Part shown: positions 61,161 through 64,000 of the stretch, piece after piece
How the letters are laid out: the number at the start of each line of letters is the position of its first letter
Numbering within the stretch: position 1 is the stretch's first letter
Assembly: GCA_016840095.1 (NCBI GenBank)
Contig: JAEOSZ010000026.1
Coordinates: 17,920 to 81,919 of the forward strand
Length of the DNA: 64,000 bases
Direction of reading: 5' to 3'
Source: Candidatus Heimdallarchaeota archaeon
GTDB lineage: Archaea > Asgardarchaeota > Heimdallarchaeia > Heimdallarchaeales > Heimdallarchaeaceae
Notes under the pieces: model-generated
Seen by the model: the letters and a program-made list of their open reading frames with translations, nothing else
Told to the model about the DNA's origin: nothing
Databases searched by the model: none
Translations under genes and position numbers: made by a program

Positions 61161-62258
61161 TTAACTCAATTCTTTTTCTATTATATCCTGAAGGTTTAAT
61201 TTCTTCTTTAACACTCCCTTTAGGTTATCAATACTTGGTGTAATAGATGGATCTACTTCATGCAACACTGCTAGATATATGCTTGTTATATCTATCAAAT
61301 ATGTTAAACTGATTTGTTTGGCTAATTTAGATTGACCTTGAGGATAGAGTTCTAGAACCTTTTCTGTTTTTTGATTAACTATCTTTTTCAATTGCTCCAT
61401 CCTAATTTTGATAGGTTTTGGTTCGTTTTCATCTCTAAACAAAATTACTACGACATCATTTAGAACAACATTAGGATTATCCCATGCTACAATACCATTA
61501 TGGTTTTGTTCTGGAACTTCCTCACTTATTGCAATTACCTTGCTATTTTCATTAAGTTCTGATTTAGCTCTGTAAGATAGAGGTGAATAGATTGTATGTC
61601 CAACAAAAAGAGGTAATTTGTTAAATAAACCATAAGCAATTTCTTTGGCAAAATTTTCCTCAGTTTTCTTTTCAGGAGAGTATTCTTCTGATAATTTAGC
61701 TAAAATCTTTTCCGTTTCTTCAAAATCCTTACTCATATCATTAATGAGTTTGAGTTTTTCTAATATAGTTAGAAGTGATGTGTAAATTAAGGGTAAACCT
61801 GTTCTAGGTGGTATTCCTTCTTTTATCTTTATGTGGGGAACTTTGGTCTTTTTAGCTAGTTTTTCCAAAAAACCTCCTGAAGAAATAGTAATAATCATAG
61901 TGTTTTTTGTATGTGCATCTTTGAAACAAGAGAGTGTTTCTTCTGTGTTACCAGAATAACTAACACATATGACTAGAGTTGATTTGTTACAGAAGGCAGG
62001 TAGATAATAATCTCTATTAACCAAAATTGGGATTTTGATATCAGATTTTAAAAGACTGCTAAGGTAGTCTCCTGCAATCGCTGAACCACCCATTCCACAA
62101 ATTACTATGTTGGAAGGCTCTTTGATGTTTTCAGGAAGAACAAACTCAAGGCTATTCTCTCTTGCTTCCTGAAATAGTGATGACCATTCCTTAAGAATTT
62201 CAAGTTGTTTGGATTTATCAATTTCAATAATATGGTTTTGCTCATCCAAATTTATCAT
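61161..62258 (-). CDS. Bifunctional phosphoglucose/phosphomannose isomerase (SIS)
   Basis: GMGGSAIAGD, SYSGNTEET, ELNENSK, PEQNHN; start trimmed to MINLDEQ. Confidence 0.93.
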   Translation of the reverse strand: MINLDEQNHIIEIDKSKQLEILKEWSSLFQEARENSLEFVLPENIKEPSNIVICGMGGSAIAGDYLSSLLKSDIKIPILVNRDYYLPAFCNKSTLVICVSYSGNTEETLSCFKDAHTKNTMIITISSGGFLEKLAKKTKVPHIKIKEGIPPRTGLPLIYTSLLTILEKLKLINDMSKDFEETEKILAKLSEEYSPEKKTEENFAKEIAYGLFNKLPLFVGHTIYSPLSYRAKSELNENSKVIAISEEVPEQNHNGIVAWDNPNVVLNDVVVILFRDENEPKPIKIRMEQLKKIVNQKTEKVLELYPQGQSKLAKQISLTYLIDITSIYLAVLHEVDPSITPSIDNLKGVLKKKLNLQDIIEKELS

Positions 62259-62277
62259 AATTTTCACTTCCAAAAAA

Positions 62278-63090
62278 TTAGTTGAAGGAAACTTCTTCAC
62301 CTTTTGCCCACAAATGTTCAAAATTATTAGAAAATATCTCAATAATTCCTGAGTTAGAGGAGAAATGTGGTCGATAGACAAACTTCTCGTCTTTGACAGG
62401 AGAAACCCAAATAACGAAAACAACCTGCTCTTGATCTACCAATGTTCCTCGAGCTAGAACATTTCCTTCAGGAATACTTCGAACTTGAGCCCCTAAATCT
62501 AACAGATTTTTTGCAACATCCTTGGATTTAGAATCATCAATACTCATTATGACTCTAACTTTAACTCCCTTATCAAGTGCATCTTTAATCTCTTTTTTCA
62601 CATCATTGTACCAATAAAAGACATTTGTAAAGATAGATATCTCCTTTGCTCCATTTTTGATAATATTCTTAGTTTTTACTTGCATGTCTTCAAGAGAAGA
62701 ATATGCCTCTAGAAGCTCATCAGGTTTGATAATAAGCTTTGATTGATATTCTGGATCACTCAAAAGAGTCATAATCTCTTGTGAGGCTGTTGCCATCTTA
62801 TCAAGTTGATCGTGATATTCTTGTTCTCTATATCGGAGAAGGTTATCTAATCCTTTCTTTAGATTAATTGCTTCAAACCTCATCGGTCTTCCTGAAATAG
62901 TTCGAACTAAGCCTTTTTTCTCTAAACTGTCGATTGTATCGTAAATTCTTGGGGTTGGAATATCTGTTTGTTTGTGAATTTCTTCAGCAGTAGAAGATGA
63001 AAGTGCTACTAAAGTTATCAAAGTTTTAACTTCATATTGAGTTAAACCAAGGGCTTTCAACTTCAAGGTTAGTTCCTCAGTGTCAGACAT
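62278..63090 (-). CDS. trmB: TrmB family transcriptional regulator
   Basis: LGLTQYE...IPTPRIYDTIDSLEKKGLV HTH plus sugar-binding/PLD-like C-terminal domain. Confidence 0.92.
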   Translation of the reverse strand: MSDTEELTLKLKALGLTQYEVKTLITLVALSSSTAEEIHKQTDIPTPRIYDTIDSLEKKGLVRTISGRPMRFEAINLKKGLDNLLRYREQEYHDQLDKMATASQEIMTLLSDPEYQSKLIIKPDELLEAYSSLEDMQVKTKNIIKNGAKEISIFTNVFYWYNDVKKEIKDALDKGVKVRVIMSIDDSKSKDVAKNLLDLGAQVRSIPEGNVLARGTLVDQEQVVFVIWVSPVKDEKFVYRPHFSSNSGIIEIFSNNFEHLWAKGEEVSFN

Positions 63091-63178
63091 GGTCTTTCTC
63101 CAGTTTCAAATCTATACGGAGAAATATATAAGTAAATCGTAAGAGTAGAAACAGAAAGTAAAATTAATTAACCAAAAG

Positions 63179-63186
63179 TTTAAAAT
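63179..63186 (+). promoter_or_regulatory. TATA box of tRNA-Val
   Basis: TTTAAAAT preceded by a purine-rich BRE-like tract, about 40 bp upstream. Confidence 0.55.
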
Positions 63187-63223
63187 GAAAACCACTAGCA
63201 CAGAAATGTAGCACACAAAACAA

Positions 63224-63301
63224 GGGGCAATGGTCTAGCCTGGTTATGACAACTCCCTTACACGGAGTAGGCCGGCGGTTCAAATCCGCTTTGCCCCACC
63301 A
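63224..63301 (+). tRNA. tRNA-Val(TAC), CCA encoded
   Basis: Acceptor GGGGCAA/TTGCCCC, anticodon arm ACTCC-CTTACAC-GGAGT, T arm GGCGG-TTCAAAT-CCGCT. Confidence 0.97.
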
Positions 63302-63372
63302 GTTTCTACACTATTTTTGTTCAATACCAGTCTTTAATTATTTTTAAAAGGTACTTTGTTTGGATAATTATA

Positions 63373-63924
63373 ATGAGTGCTGAAACTAATCTTGAGAACA
63401 TTACTTTAGGTGGAGGATGCTTCTGGTGTATAGAAGCTGTTTTTAGTGAATTAAAAGGTGTTCAAACAGCTGTATCGGGTTATTCAGGAGGAAAAGTTGT
63501 CAATCCAACATATGAACAGGTTTGTTCTGGAACTACTGGTCATGCCGAAGTTGTTCAAGTAAAATTCGATTCAGAAGTAATTTCATTTAAAGAAATACTT
63601 GAAGTGTTTTTTACAGTTCATGATCCAACTACTTTGAACCGTCAAGGTAATGATATTGGCAATCAATATAGATCTGCAATCTTTTATCATTCTGAGAATC
63701 AGAAACGAATAGCAAAAGAAGTAATTAATGAGTTGGAATTATCAAAGAAGTGGAGTAATCCAATAGTTACTGAACTAAAACCATTTGATAAATTCTATAA
63801 AGCAGAAGATTATCATCAGAATTATTTCAAACTCAATACTTCTCAACCGTACTGCAAGGTTGTAATTGAACCCAAAGTGAACAAATTTAGAAAATTATAT
63901 CTTAATCAATTGAAACAAGATTAG
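63373..63924 (+). CDS. msrA: Peptide methionine sulfoxide reductase A
   Basis: [30 protein letters not shown]. Confidence 0.98.
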   Translation: MSAETNLENITLGGGCFWCIEAVFSELKGVQTAVSGYSGGKVVNPTYEQVCSGTTGHAEVVQVKFDSEVISFKEILEVFFTVHDPTTLNRQGNDIGNQYRSAIFYHSENQKRIAKEVINELELSKKWSNPIVTELKPFDKFYKAEDYHQNYFKLNTSQPYCKVVIEPKVNKFRKLYLNQLKQD

Positions 63925-64000
63925 TTACTTGGTTTTCGCAAATTCTCTGATTTGGGAAATGTCATCAAATATCTGCAATTTTACTCCTTTGTTCCTTAGA
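63925..64000 (-). CDS. Possible 3' end of a gene truncated by the window edge
   Basis: Open frame ...LRNKGVKLQIFDDISQIREFAKTK* ending right at the msrA stop. Confidence 0.45.
   Translation of the reverse strand, partial: LRNKGVKLQIFDDISQIREFAKTK

Noticed and set aside
62259-62423. Long overlap of the PGI/PMI ORF with trmB
   Set aside because: Artefact of taking the first possible start; the real start is 62258
63373-63924. Selenocysteine or stop-codon readthrough candidates (MsrA and others)
   Set aside because: Catalytic positions are ordinary Cys codons; no in-frame TGA/TAG interrupting a recognisable domain was seen

Overview
AT-rich archaeal chromosome window, most likely from an Asgard archaeon (Heimdallarchaeia-like). 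The assignment is inferred from archaeal information genes together with a Rab-like GTPase, a PAC4-like chaperone and bacterial-type FolD/GlyA/PPDK. It is mostly core genome. Pieces of the shattered RNA-polymerase/ribosomal superoperon are scattered across it (rpoB, rpoA1/A2, L30e-nusA, S12, S7-L10e, eIF5A). There are five tRNA genes, all with encoded CCA: Leu-CAG, Met-CAT with one intron, Asp-GTC with two BHB introns, Ser-CGA and Val-TAC. A TrmB-PGI/PMI-GlmS-GlmU hexosamine operon and assorted metabolic genes are also present. No CRISPR array, integrase or transposase was seen. The main leads are: (1) two tandem paralogous single-pass membrane proteins with an FKBP-like ectodomain and a cytoplasmic 8-Cys RING/B-box-like finger, bracketed by tRNAs next to a Rab-like GTPase; (2) an SDR-SDR-GcvPA-GcvPB-AcoX/NADK-like operon whose P-protein has rewritten signature motifs and no T/H/L partner, possibly a non-glycine cleavage system; (3) a nested multi-stem RNA structure between L30e and nusA; (4) an ORB-like element in an intergenic gap; (5) an epimerase apparently starting at AUU; (6) an RHH-fused nucleotidyltransferase and several apparent pseudo-enzymes. 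All family calls come from motif recognition by eye; no searches were run.
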